A DNA stretch of 64,000 nucleotides from positions 28,582,001-28,646,000 of the forward strand of contig CM022673.1 in NCBI GenBank assembly GCA_012295275.1, given 5' to 3'. The stretch is from Chrysomallon squamiferum (Eukaryota; Animalia; Mollusca). The notes under the pieces are model-generated. The model saw nothing but the letters and a program-made list of their open reading frames with translations. It was not told the origin of the DNA and ran no database searches. A program made the translations under genes and the position numbers. The stretch's first letter is position 1, and the number at the start of each line of letters is the position of its first letter. Below, piece after piece: positions 1-12,481 of the stretch.

Positions 1-744
1 TGCTGTTACGGGAATACGTCAGCTAATATAGCACATTAAATAGCAGTGATTGCCGTTATATAATGGTGAGCGGGCTTAGCAGCAGATTGGAAATCTCGTT
101 AAATAAGAATGAAATAAATATAAATTGTCAGGCATTCAAGGACTAACTGCGAAATGATTAAAAGCAAATAATGAACTGATTTTGGTTTGGTGAAGAGTCT
201 GCTAGTGTCTGCTGTAATAGCTTCGTTTTCTTGTTGTTCGTTTTGGCTTGGTTTTTCTTTGTTAATTTTAAATTAGGTTCTTTTAGATTTTTATCTAACA
301 GTAATCAATATGTGATATATACTGCTGTGACATATACGCATAAAAGCATCGATTTCATTTTTGTGAGAAAAAGTGTGTGACAAGCTGATAGTCAAACCAA
401 TATCTAAAGACACACATATATATATGATAACAAATGGTTATGAATTATTACCAAATAATAACACAGAGTCTCAAAGGATTTCCTACACAGTTTGAGTTTT
501 AAAATACCGCACCTACTTTTGCTTATAGACTTATATTGTGAATACAGTTACGAAAATATGTATATAAAATTTTAAGGCTAATTATTTTTGTCCTAAAATG
601 CATCAACTTCATGGGAGCCAGATACTCCATTCTGTGTACTTCTGCTGATTTGTGTCTTTATAACGTAAGTGTAGTTATAATAATGGTCATAGATCTAGAT
701 TTATATGAACCTATGCGTATTTATTTTAATCAAGCAACGTTTAC

Positions 745-789
745 CTTCAGTTTTCTGAGGCGATGGCGTCTGTTTTACTGCAGCTTGAT
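745..789 (-). CDS. Putative 45-nt micro-exon (exon 3) of the proteoglycan-like gene, encoding (D)QAAVKQTPSPQKTE
   Basis: On the minus strand a long polypyrimidine tract ends tttttctattttcag, followed by 45 nt open in phase 1 and a GAAG|gtaaac donor. Symmetric phase 1-1, in frame with exon 4106-4360. Pro/Thr/Ser linker-like peptide. Confidence 0.7.
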
Positions 790-1100
790 CTGAAAATAGA
801 AAATAAATAAACAATCAAATAAAGAAAGAAAGAAATAAAGAAAGAAATGTGCAAATGATTGATCATACTTCCACTATTTGCAATTATCAAGCAAAGAAAC
901 TACAACTAAAACGATTGTGATTATGACGAATCTTACATGTGTTCCTTTCAGTTTGTCTGTTATTAATGTTTATTTATTAACAACGAATCTTTCCCAGTAT
1001 AAACAACAAATGCTCGTGCTAGTCTGGAATTAAAATTATTAAGCCAGACAAAAAGGATAGAGGAAGAGACAAACATAAAGACGTAGAGAAATACAGAAAG

Positions 1101-1280
1101 ATTAAGGCAACATCTCAACTGTTGGATTATGTATAGTTATGAGAGAAAGATACAGAAAATGACAAATAGATTAAAGCAACATCTCAACTGTTGGATTATG
1201 TATAGTTATGACAGAAAGACACAGAAAAGGACAAAAAGAATAAGGCAACATCTCAAACGCTGGAATACACATAGCTACGA
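1101..1280. repeat. Imperfect 69-bp tandem repeat, about 2.6 copies
   Basis: The motif attaaggcaacatctcaactgttggattatgtatagttatg recurs at 1101 and 1170, with a diverged third copy at 1239. Confidence 0.85.
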
Positions 1281-1736
1281 TTTAAGTAAACCGAGCTTCA
1301 TTCTTCTGATTTCTTGCCGTAATCCTGACAACAGCCGCCAGCCTGGTAGCACGTTCTTCTGTCACTAATTGGTTAGTTTCGGACATACACCGTCTAATAA
1401 ATTTGAAACGCCTGATTTCTTCTGTATTACAAGAAATCCAAGCAATTATACTGACACCCCGAGATGTGCTCAGTAATTGGTCAGAGGCCGCCACAAGGCT
1501 GGATATGGAAACCGCGGAAAGAGACTGACTTTGAGAAACACAGAGCGGCCAAAAGGGTTAACAACATGTTTCCAAAAATCATAAACTGTGTCTGTTTGTT
1601 ATTCCCATCTTATGCCATCTTACACGCTTGGAAGAACGTAATCAACTTATTTCATAATAACCCCGAGCCGCTCGTTGAATCAGAAATGTTCAGCATGTAG
1701 GCATAGAGTTAATGAAACGTCCACGAAGGTCATGGC

Positions 1737-2028
1737 CTGTCTATTCGTATACTGTCTATACGTATACTGTCTATACGTGTACTGTCTATACGTGTACTGT
1801 CTATACGTATACTGTCTATACGTGTACTGTCTATACGTATACTGTCTATACGTATACTGTCTGTACGTATACTGTCTATACGTATACTGTCTATATGTAT
1901 ACTGTCTATACGTATACTGTCTATATGTATACTGTCTGTACGTATACTGTCTATACGTATACTGTCTATATGTATACTGTCTATATGTATACTGTCTATA
2001 CGTATACTGTCTATACGTATACTGTCTA
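1737..2028. repeat. 15-bp minisatellite (ctgtctatacgtata) x ~19.5
   Basis: Direct reading. It explains the CLYVY and TVYTY pseudo-ORFs at 1675-2118 and 1712-2029. Confidence 0.97.
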
Positions 2029-3772
2029 ACTTCCTTTGTATTTGTCTATTACGGATTCATTCTTACTGGCAATATTAGTTACGTCACATGCATTCGTCAC
2101 AAAGTTGTTTTTGTTTAATTATGTCAGCATTGTTTACCACCCGAACTTCATCCGCTTTATAAATATAATTATTTCAAGGCCAGTAATGGCAGTTCATTCT
2201 GAAGCCTATTAATTATCAAGAAGAGATTGTGAAAATAAGCTTAGTTAATATTCTCTTTTGTTTATCATCCTTCGCGCATTGCTAAAACTGAAAACCATAT
2301 CGATTGCGGTGTGAAAAATCTCCTTTTTCAAAGTTATTGCGCCGGTTTGGTTTCACAGTCTTACCTAAAGAAAATAATGAGAACATTATTAAAGACTGTG
2401 GTATATGTTTTTTTTGGGTTTTTTTTTCTATCTGTTACTGAAAACAAAAAGGTCCTTCTTTTCATCGATAAATATATATATATATATCTCATTATACGTG
2501 GGATCAAATAACTGCTGACACTGAAATGTGTACAGGTGCCTAGAACAAACTCTCTTACATTCAATTTCGTCAATATTCATTTGTAACAAAATCTCTTTAT
2601 CAATCTCCCTTTCAGATCTCTGTTTTTTTTTTGTTTTTTTGGGTCAGTGGTTAGTAAATGTTAGAGAAACACTAGAAAGTTTATTCCTGTTACAACAACA
2701 TTTTCAAACAAACATGTCATATTGTCAATATTTCGATAAAGACCCCAATCTCAAGTTGAGGAATGCTAAAAGTATTTCGCTTCTAATTGGAATAAGCTGG
2801 CTGCGTCAATTTCAGATGATGGGCACTTCGCAATATCAGCACTTGACAGTAACAGAATCCAAACAAGACATTTAGCCAATATTAATCAAAGGGAACAGGA
2901 TGTATAATCTCAAGAATGGTTTGAAAAACTTCCATCTCTGACAGGTGCGGTTATTGCAGTCACGAACTGAATATTGCTTGTAACCAGCGCGTTCTGAGAA
3001 CCTGCTGCCAGAGTTGAGAGTAGTCAAGATAAATTTAATAAACTTTTTGATAGGAATTTTATATATATATATATATATATAGATATATAAATCAAAAGTC
3101 CAGAAAATGCACAATAACTGCATGACATGAAATCGAATGACATGCAGAATGTACTACTTCGCCATTAATGTTTTATGTTTTGTTTTAACAAAAGTACTAA
3201 AAAACTGTATAACTCACCAAAAATATTGATTTCAGAAAACAGAGAAACCCATTTAAATGCATTTTCTTCTTTCTTTTTTTTTTTTTTCTTTTTTCTTTTT
3301 TTTTTTTTAACTGTATTTCGGTGATATGTTACTTTGCATCTATGAGGCATTACATTACACTGGGATCGTTAACCATTTCCCATATCTTTATTAGCCCAAA
3401 ACCTGAGGCCAAATACTGGAAATTCTACTTCATCGTCATATAACGAACGATACCTATTTAGAACACACCAGACATTTTGCACCGTGCAAAATAACTCTTC
3501 TTTTCTAAAAGCGGTGATTTTCCATATCCCCTGGAGATATATTTACTAATGATTTTTAGTCTAGGACATTAAACGGAAAAAAAATAAAGAAAAAAGAAAT
3601 CCCCAAAGTCCAATTCGGCCATCAAATGAAAAGGTAATGGTTATAAATGAAAAGAGTAGAGTAATAAATTATTTAAAAACATTGCCGTTTCGTCTGACGA
3701 AGCTCAAATGGTTGGTCACAGTCCGGTTACAACGACAACGATGATAACTACAACAACAACTAGAACAACCTG

Positions 3773-3949
3773 ATAGTAGTAGTAGTAGTAGTAGTAATAG
3801 TAGCAGTAGTATTATTAATAAAACGATGATAATAATAATAATAATAATAATAATAATAGTATTAATAATAATAATAATAATATCAGTATTAATATCATTA
3901 TTATTATCACCATTAATAATTTTATCATCATTATCATCACAGTCGTTGA

Positions 3950-3980
<31 letters not shown>

Positions 3981-4050
3981 GTCGTTGTTGTTGTTAATGT
4001 TGATGTTGGATGGTGTTGATGTTGTTGTAGTTGTTGTTGTTATCATCATC
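3773..4050. repeat. Compound trinucleotide microsatellite (AGT, AAT, then TTA/TTG)
   Basis: Direct reading; lies just downstream of the exon 2 donor on the transcript strand. Confidence 0.9.
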
Positions 4051-4105
4051 GTGATCGTTACCAAATTTATCATAATGATAATCACTAGCATTACGCTGTT
4101 CGTAC

Positions 4106-4360
4106 CTATCGAAGTGAAAGTGGTGACGTTCAAGGTGCTGCTGGCACCTTCGCCGTCTGATCCTGACCCTGAGCCTGCGCCTGACACTTCGTCATCGTCG
4201 TCGTCGTCACTGACTTGATCAGTTGCTTCTTGTCCGCCTTCCACCTGGATGTTGGTGTCAGGTCGCGCTGTCGTTGATGATTTCAACGTGACGACGTCAT
4301 CGTAATAGAAAGTATTGTCCAGGTCAATGTAGTCATTGAACGGTTCGTGACTTACTTTAC
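4106..4360 (-). CDS. Exon 2 of a proteoglycan-like extracellular protein with an acidic Ser-Gly GAG-attachment cluster (syndecan- or perlecan-domain-I-like composition)
   Basis: ttttgcag acceptor (4361-4362) and ATAG|gtacga donor (4104-4105); 255 nt, phase 1-1; GC-rich island with no stops. Translation GKVSHEPFNDYIDLDNTFYYDDVVTLKSSTTARPDTNIQVEGGQEATDQVSDDDDDDEVSGAGSGSGSDGEGASSTLNVTTFTSI. The family cannot be fixed without downstream exons. Confidence 0.85.
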
Positions 4361-4367
4361 CTGCAAA

Positions 4368-4372
4368 ATAAC

Positions 4373-4404
<32 letters not shown>

Positions 4405-4530
4405 CAAAACTAATAATAATAATAATATTAATAACAACAACAACAACTACAACAACAATAATAATAATAATAATAATAATAATGATAATAAACAATAATA
4501 ATAACAACATCAACAGCAACACATAATAAA
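4368..4530. repeat. Compound (AAT)n/(AAC)n microsatellite abutting the exon 2 acceptor
   Basis: Direct reading; reads (TTA/TTG)n on the transcript strand. Confidence 0.92.
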
Positions 4531-4542
4531 CAAATAAATTTA

Positions 4543-4695
4543 TATATGTATGTATGTATATCTGGATGGATGGATGAAGGGATGTATATATGTATGTATA
4601 TATGTATGTGTGTGTATGTATGTATGTATGTATGTATGTATGTATGTATGTGTGTGTGTGTATGTATGTATGTTTGTATGCATGTATGTATGTTT
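4543..4695. repeat. (ATGT)n/(GT)n compound microsatellite
   Basis: Direct reading. Confidence 0.9.
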
Positions 4696-5159
4696 GTTTT
4701 GTTTATTTTTTCTTGTTTTCTTTTTCTTTTTTTTCTTTTTTCTTCTTAAATCTGGTTGTAGATCTAGTACTGTTGGATCTTTTTTGTCGTTTTATTCTTT
4801 CACACAAAACAGTCATATCGTCCTAGTAACCAAACAAACATGTCGAGTTTAAAGGCGCCTGTGACTATTTCCAGATAACACTGGTCAATTTTCTGTTTTT
4901 CCTGTGTGTCATCAGTAATCTCAGATTTTTCTACGTGATTTACGTCATAACGGAATGAAACGATATTAGCGGTAGGAAATCAGATGAGTAAATATAGCAT
5001 GCTTTGTGTTTGCTTGTCTGAATTCGCAAACAAGTAGACAATAATAGTCATATGGTTTAATTATAAATGAGCATCTCAGTCTGCACCTTTGTTTTTATTT
5101 CCTGGCATCATTTATTTATTTATTTGTTTATATATTTGTTTGTTTGTTTATGTGTTTAT

Positions 5160-5274
5160 TTATGTATTATTATCATTAATATTATTGTTGTTGTTGTTGT
5201 TGTTTTTGTTGTTTTTTGTTATTGTTGTTGTTATTAATAATATTGTTATTGTGGTGGTGGATGTTATCGTTATG

Positions 5275-5339
<65 letters not shown>

Positions 5340-5400
5340 CACTGCTGTTATTTTTATTATTGCTCTTATTCTTTATTTATTTATTTATTTATTTATTCAC
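5160..5400. repeat. (TTG)n/(ATT)n/(ATTT)n compound microsatellite
   Basis: Direct reading; source of the poly-Ile/Leu pseudo-ORFs. Confidence 0.9.
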
Positions 5401-5746
5401 TTATTTCCGTTCCTTCTTTCAACATCTTATAAAAATGATAAACGTCATTGTACTCTGACAATGAACATCTGGAAGAGATCGATTGTGTCTATTGGAATTA
5501 CCTTATTGATTCTTGCCTTAAAATATCAGGCAATCACTGCTAGGTCGTGTAATGAATATTTTATATATCGCAGACATCATTTTAATCAAAGAGTTCTTTT
5601 GTCCTCAGACGAAATGGCATTAGAACTTAGATTGAAAATTATCTTCGACACACACCTATTGATACTGCGATGGAAACCATCTTGTTGTCTTGACGCCCAT
5701 GCGGATTAATTTCAACGCTTGACTGGTTAGAATGATCTGTGTCTGT

Positions 5747-5790
<44 letters not shown>

Positions 5791-7644
5791 CGTTAACGTT
5801 ATCATTATTGTTGTTGTCGTTATTCTTTGTTATTCTCGTTCTTATTCTTCTTCATATTATTTATTTATTTATTTATTTATTTATGTAATTATTTATTATT
5901 TGGCCTTTAATTTTTATAAAAGGAAAAAAAAGAAGACAGTTTGCGACTTATTTCGAAATTGTTAAATAAACAAAAGTGTAATATTTTAAAAATTAATGCA
6001 AAAAAAAAAAAGAAAGAAAAAAAAAAGGAAAATAATGAATGAAAGGAAACATAAAAAAACAATAAATAAACACACAGAGAGATAAATAAACGCAGATACA
6101 AACAGACAGTCAGTTAATGAAAATAAATAGACAGGTACAAAAAGACTGATTGAAATAAATAATGGAATCCCAAAAAACAAAATTGCTGTGACTATTTCCC
6201 TTTCGACCGTTGTCATACAATTAACTGTTACAGTCCATCATTGTTATTCGTCTCAGAAACTCTATTACCATGCACATTTTTTTATCCCAGTAACAGGAAA
6301 TTACATTAGCGACTGGGAATCCTTTCTGCTCCTCTGTTTTTTGGGGTTTTTTTTTTATTTTTTAGAGCTTGTCAGAATTCAGAAATACTTAGCTTACAGA
6401 GCCCTACACTGATTTTGCTCATAGCAACATGGTTAAGGAAATTAAATTCAACCTATTTTTCCTGCCAAGAACAAGTACGCCGCAAATTACGCCGACAAAG
6501 GCAGCTGGTTTCGACGTCATTAATGATCGACTGCTAAGCTGACTCAGTCTCTGCGAAACGATGCTTCCATTTTGAGAGTCTTATTTTTGCCAGGTCTCGA
6601 CAGTGAGAATATGCTAGATTTTTAAACATAAGTTTTGGTCGAAGTCAGAGATCGATGGTGCGAACAGCGACATTGTCTTTCTAACACGACAGCGCTGACG
6701 ATGTTTTGCCGAGGATGATGTTGAAAGAGATTGATCGTTCTCACGTTGGTGGCAGACAGAGGAGTCGGTGATCAGTTACAGTGGAGTCTCCTATCACTCT
6801 CCTCCTACTGCTCCTCTAATTAACGGATGCTTTTACATCTGTACCTCGCTTCTGACGATGTCATCATTCGCTACGTTGACTGCATCCTTCAGAATATGTT
6901 TTCTGTTCGTACACATCCGAGTGTAAATTCAATCTAAATTAGAGTGTCTTCATTTATTTATAGACTGTTATTGTCTTTTTTTCGTTTAGTTTTTTTAAAT
7001 TATTTTTGTGTTGTTTCGGTGATCTTCGTATTGCGGGGCTATTATTGGGGGGAGGATTATGTTTTTCATGGGGTGTGGTGTGCTATGAAGATCAGAATGG
7101 TAATTAATTACTGCTATACATCACTAATGGTCTATTATAAGAAAATATATGAAATTTCTTTTATATAATTTTCTGTTTTCTTCAAAAAGTATTGCGAGGA
7201 GAATTTCTATTAAGAAAAAAGTTTATTATACGTGTTAATTTTAGGAAAGCAGAATGTAAAATATGAATATTTATGTCACAGAGGTTTAATACCATCTCGC
7301 TTGTTATTGAAATGTTTCCATTAACCTTGTTCCCAGACAATCCCTCATTGACGTCTATTTTTAGTCGTAATTGTTGCGGTCACGCAATTATGTATATATT
7401 GATGTTACGAATATCAAAGTTCAGATACTGATAAATAAATCTCACGTATCGGTTATGATTACGATAATAAACGTGAATGAATTATGTATTTCGCCAAAAA
7501 ATAGCAACATAAGTCGAAAAAACAATAATGAAAAATATCAGATGAATAATGTCTGTGTTTTTTTTTTTTTCATATCTGTGAGAATACATTCTATGTCATA
7601 CCATATAGTTACCACAATTATGTACATCTTCAATAACTGTAAGA

Positions 7645-7744
<100 letters not shown>

Positions 7745-8854
7745 TAAAAATATATAAATAAAAAGAGAGAGATTAAAGATTTAACAACAGAGATTATGCT
7801 ATTAACATTTATTATAATACATCTACAATAAATTTTCCAATTATTAAATTATTAATAGTATTTTGCGCTTCAGTACAATGCTTGTGATTTTCTTTTTTTC
7901 TTCTTCTTTTTTCATTTTATTTAAGCGTAATAGTGTTCACATACGTTAAATTACGACTTTTGTAAAATCCACATTTCACTAGACTGTTGCTTCTACCATC
8001 AAGACATCGTTAACGCCTACGTATTCGTTTACGTGAAACCAAAACCCCGAAAGATATTCTGATAGATACGAACGATTTGCTTTGTAAATACCCTAGACCT
8101 TTGGAAACACTTTGATACCTATAACACAGCACAACAACAATGAAAAAAGAAAGAAAAAAAAAAGAAAGAACTAAAAAAGACATATAAATTCTGCTTGGCT
8201 GAAATAATTCTAAGCATCAAACTCAACACTTTTTCCTGCTTCACAGAAGATTTCAAAAATGACTTTATTTTTCCCAGGAGTCATTAAGCAAAACAACATG
8301 AATTTAACTCCATTATGCTCCACAACCATGAAATGGTCCAAAATAAAAAAACATTATTCGATGGAAACACTGGTGTATGATCATAAAGGAAGAAATGAAA
8401 CAAAACAGCGAATATTTTAATAATAATTATTCGTAATTACCACCGGGGATAAGCTCGCTCTTGTTCGGAAAATGATGGAAGACAGTTGAGAGCGATTCGT
8501 GGTTATTTTCTGGTCTGGTGTGACAGGTCTACATGCAACAAGTCAGCTTTTTCACACACAAACAGAACAAAAAATCACGTAGTTTAATATCGATGCATAA
8601 CCGCGATAGATTCCAGAGATTTCAAACTGGGTATAAGATTTTAGAAAGGTTAAAAATAACAGAAAAAAAAAAAAGTTATAATTTTAAAATAAAATATAAA
8701 AAACTAAAAAAATAAATTATAATTATAATAAAAATAATAATAATAATAATGGTAATAAACTAAAACAGTTGAATATGTTACTTATATTTTAATAACATGT
8801 ATACTTTTATCTGAAATGATGAGGTTGGTGATTTCATGTGTATATCTATATCTG

Positions 8855-8891
8855 TCTAGACATATATATAGCTGGACAGATAGACATACAT

Positions 8892-8938
<47 letters not shown>

Positions 8939-9050
8939 TACAGACAGATAGATAAATAGATAGATAGATTATACAGACAGATAGATAGATATACAGACAG
9001 ATATACAGACAGATAGACAAACAGATAGATAAAGATAGAAACATACAAAC
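8855..9050. repeat. (AGAT)n/(AGAC)n compound microsatellite
   Basis: Direct reading. Confidence 0.9.
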
Positions 9051-10347
9051 ACATATAAATACTAAAGCCACTGATTTATTTTTTGTTATATTATTACTTT
9101 ATTCATTGTGTTGCGTATTGTGTACATAACAGAGCGATTCTTATTTAATGAAAGTTTGTAGTTGTATTATCTCATGATGCAGCGCATTAATTTAAAATTA
9201 AATTTCCAAAAGAAAAGAAAAAAAAAAAAGAAAAGAAGAAAAAGAAAAGATTTAATTTCAGTAGAATAATTTTAATGAACGTCAGTACAAATTCAGTTAA
9301 ATGGGTGGACGCAGCAATTAATTCAAAACAGAAATTGTTTCATGGCTGAATTTAACTTTCAAGTTTTATTATGAACTGAAAAAAAAAGAAAAAAGAAGAA
9401 AAAAATCGTTTCTATTTTATTTCTTTTATGAATGTATGAAATATAATTTTCCAAGCGTTTGGACTATAATATAAATAATTAACTTGCTTCAGGTACGACA
9501 CTATAATTCAATTCTTCTACATCATTTCTAAACGATTATCATTTTCTTTTCCATCGATCATTATTAGAACCAGTTAGACTTTTCTTTCGCGTGTTTTTCA
9601 TTTTGGTTTTATCAGTGTTAAAAATGCGTACGTCATTTGTACGAGTATTTCCGAGTACACTGATCCGAAGTTGATGAAACTAAATTATAACATTCCTTTT
9701 AGCCACATCTAAAGAAAATTCAAGAAAAGGAAATGAAACAGATAATTAATTGCTGTTTTCTTTCTTACAAATGGCTGAACTGCACTTTAAGCCAAGCTTC
9801 CGAAAAAGAACGATTGGGCGAATTTGGGATTTTTTTTTTCCTGCCGAAAGATAACGAAAGAAATGAATTACTCTATCGAGACTCCGAGAGTTAATTAAAT
9901 ATTATCTAAAGTGATCTTTTTCTTGATTTTCTGAGAACGCAGGATCATTAGAAGTCCGATGGTCTTTAATAACGGAATTGACTGACACTTTGATGGCGAA
10001 ATGTGTGCCTTCCTATTTCAGTTGTGCAGACTTGGAATTCTCGGCTACCGCGTTGACATATCTAAATGGGAATCAAGCCGGCAAGCGACTTGTGCTGACG
10101 TCACAACACTCGGAGAATTAACGCCAAAAGACCGCTTTTATCTGGTGAATACAGATGTTGCTAATGGCTGAGAAGTTCAATCGCTTAACAATAGTAGTGG
10201 GGGGGGGGAGGAATTAAAAAGAAAAACAAGAAAAGAAGAAAAAAAAACCTCTTACAAAAGAAAGAGATAAGAGTGTGGAAATTAAAATCTTCAGTGAATA
10301 AAGAAACAATGCTGAAACACTTGTCACAATTGTTAAAATCGATATTT

Positions 10348-10349
<2 letters not shown>

Positions 10350-10403
<54 letters not shown>
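10350..10403. repeat. (AG)n microsatellite
   Basis: Direct reading. Confidence 0.95.
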
Positions 10404-10407
<4 letters not shown>

Positions 10408-12380
10408 TTGGAATTATTGTTCCTTCCTCTTAATATTGATGAAGAAGATGGTAATGGCGACGGTGAAGATTATGACGATGATGATAAGATTTATTCTGCT
10501 TATGGAAAATCTACATTCTTTATTCTTTTCCAAACATAGAACATCAAAGGTTATTTATTATGTGTACATACAGCCTATATTAATAAATGGACATTTTGTT
10601 ATGTGCTGAAATTGCAGACTATACGTGTGCGAGTACGTGGGTTGTTATAAACCTGTATTTATAACCTAGACTAAAAGAAAACAGGCATCATATTAACTGC
10701 TGCCAAATCAGTCTCTGCTGTGACTGAAAATAACGTCTTCTAGTTCAACATATTTGAAATGTTAATTGTATATTTACAAGACTTTGTAATTCATAACATC
10801 AAAGACTTTAGTATAAAATAGATCTGACCAGGAACATAAGATAAAAAAAAAAAAAAAGAGAATGTCAACTTTTGGAGACTTAACATTATCGAACAGAAGG
10901 CTATTTATTCCGCGGCTTAACAATAGCCCGTCCATAGCCTGCGCAAACTCTGTATAATTACCGGCGGACATGTTTGTCGAGGATTCCGATACTCCGCGGC
11001 TAAAGAGTCCATAAAGAATTAATTATTGCGTGAAAAAACAGAACCGGTAAACAGCGCTGTCTTGAGGGTGGCCGCGTGGCAAAGCAGCGTTTGGTCGATA
11101 TTCGATTTCTGTAAACACGTAGTTCAACAGTTAGACAGTTTTATTTGAGTCTTGGTAAAATAATTTCAGACTAATGTCAATATGTACTGCACGATCTCGC
11201 TGTCCTTTGTCAAAAAAAGAAAGAAAATGCATAAAGGTTTGAACAGCGGTTAGTAAACTTCCTTCAACAATCGAGTGAGGAATCGTGAAGGAGTGGGGCG
11301 CACACCATTAGCGTTTCTTTACTGTATTTTTTTTCTTTTCTCTAATAATGAATCTCCGTTTGTATTAAAAAGTTTATCATCGTCCACATTGATGATGCTA
11401 CCGCCCTTTTCTATAACGAGATCTATTCGTTCCCGACAATGAGGCGTTTGAAGTAACAGCATTTTAAAGCAAGGGTTTCATAGCCCAATTAAACGTACCT
11501 TTGAAAAGATGTAATAAAACTGGCTTGTTGACTTATAATTAAATGATAAGACTGTTACGTTAAAGATTATGTCTATTTGTGGAGTAAATTGATGGAAATT
11601 GTGAAAATAGGTTCCTCTCATTTACATCGAGATGAAGATTTTAATTTATTTATTTTCACGGAAATTAATTTATTAGTTAACAAATTAGGCTTGTAATTTA
11701 ATATATGGAAAAAAATAGCATTAATAATAAATTTGAAGTAAAAAAAAAAAATATATATATATATATAAATGATAATAAATAAGAAATAAAATGAAGCAGA
11801 ATAAAACAGCAGCAGTGTATCTAAGTTACAGCATTATCTCAAAGCAAAACATAAAAATTGATTCCTTTTAGACAAATTACAGTGTTTCATGTATTCACAC
11901 GGACGCCTAATGTGCCAGAAACATTCTGAGTATTATTTTGCATTTAAGCGCAGTTTGGAGCAAAACACAACTGAAAGGATAATTAAACACAGGCGAAATA
12001 CAGACGAAGAAGCAGGAGGGAAAACAGATAGCCAAAGTGGGAGAAAGCTGAGCGGTTTGAAATAATTCACAGACAGACACTGCATTTCAGTTAAGTAGCC
12101 AGAGGAATTATCTGAAATATCAAAATAAAATATTTTGTGACAAATATAAACAGATTTGGTTATTTTGAAAAGAAACACAGCTACGACTCAACACAACATT
12201 TATATATAAACGGATTTGTAATACAAGATTTAAGTATAACGTCAATGGAGACTGAAAATTAAGAGAACTTAAACAATGAAATAAGCATATATGAAAGGAA
12301 ATAAAATTTTGAACAAGCTAGATTATTTAGTGTAGATTTAAATGTATTTGTTTTGTTTGTTGCCTGCGAATCTTGTGATA

Positions 12381-12481
12381 ATACTACTACCACCACCACC
12401 ACCACTACTACTACTATTACTACTACTACTACTAATACTACTACTACTACTACTAATAATAATAATAATAATAATAATAAT
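12381..12481. repeat. (ACT/ACC/AAT)n compound microsatellite
   Basis: Direct reading. Confidence 0.9.

Noticed and set aside
1675-2118. ORFs with CLYVY and TVYTY repeats
   Set aside because: They are translations of the 15-bp intronic minisatellite, with no splice or start context.
3474-3492. Perfect inverted repeat attttgcac-c-gtgcaaaat
   Set aside because: Isolated 9-bp arms with a 1-nt loop and no associated element.
3669-4286. 205-aa minus-strand ORF as a single-exon gene
   Set aside because: Only 4106-4360 is exon. The poly-I/N/L remainder is intronic microsatellite, and the listed start is not an ATG.
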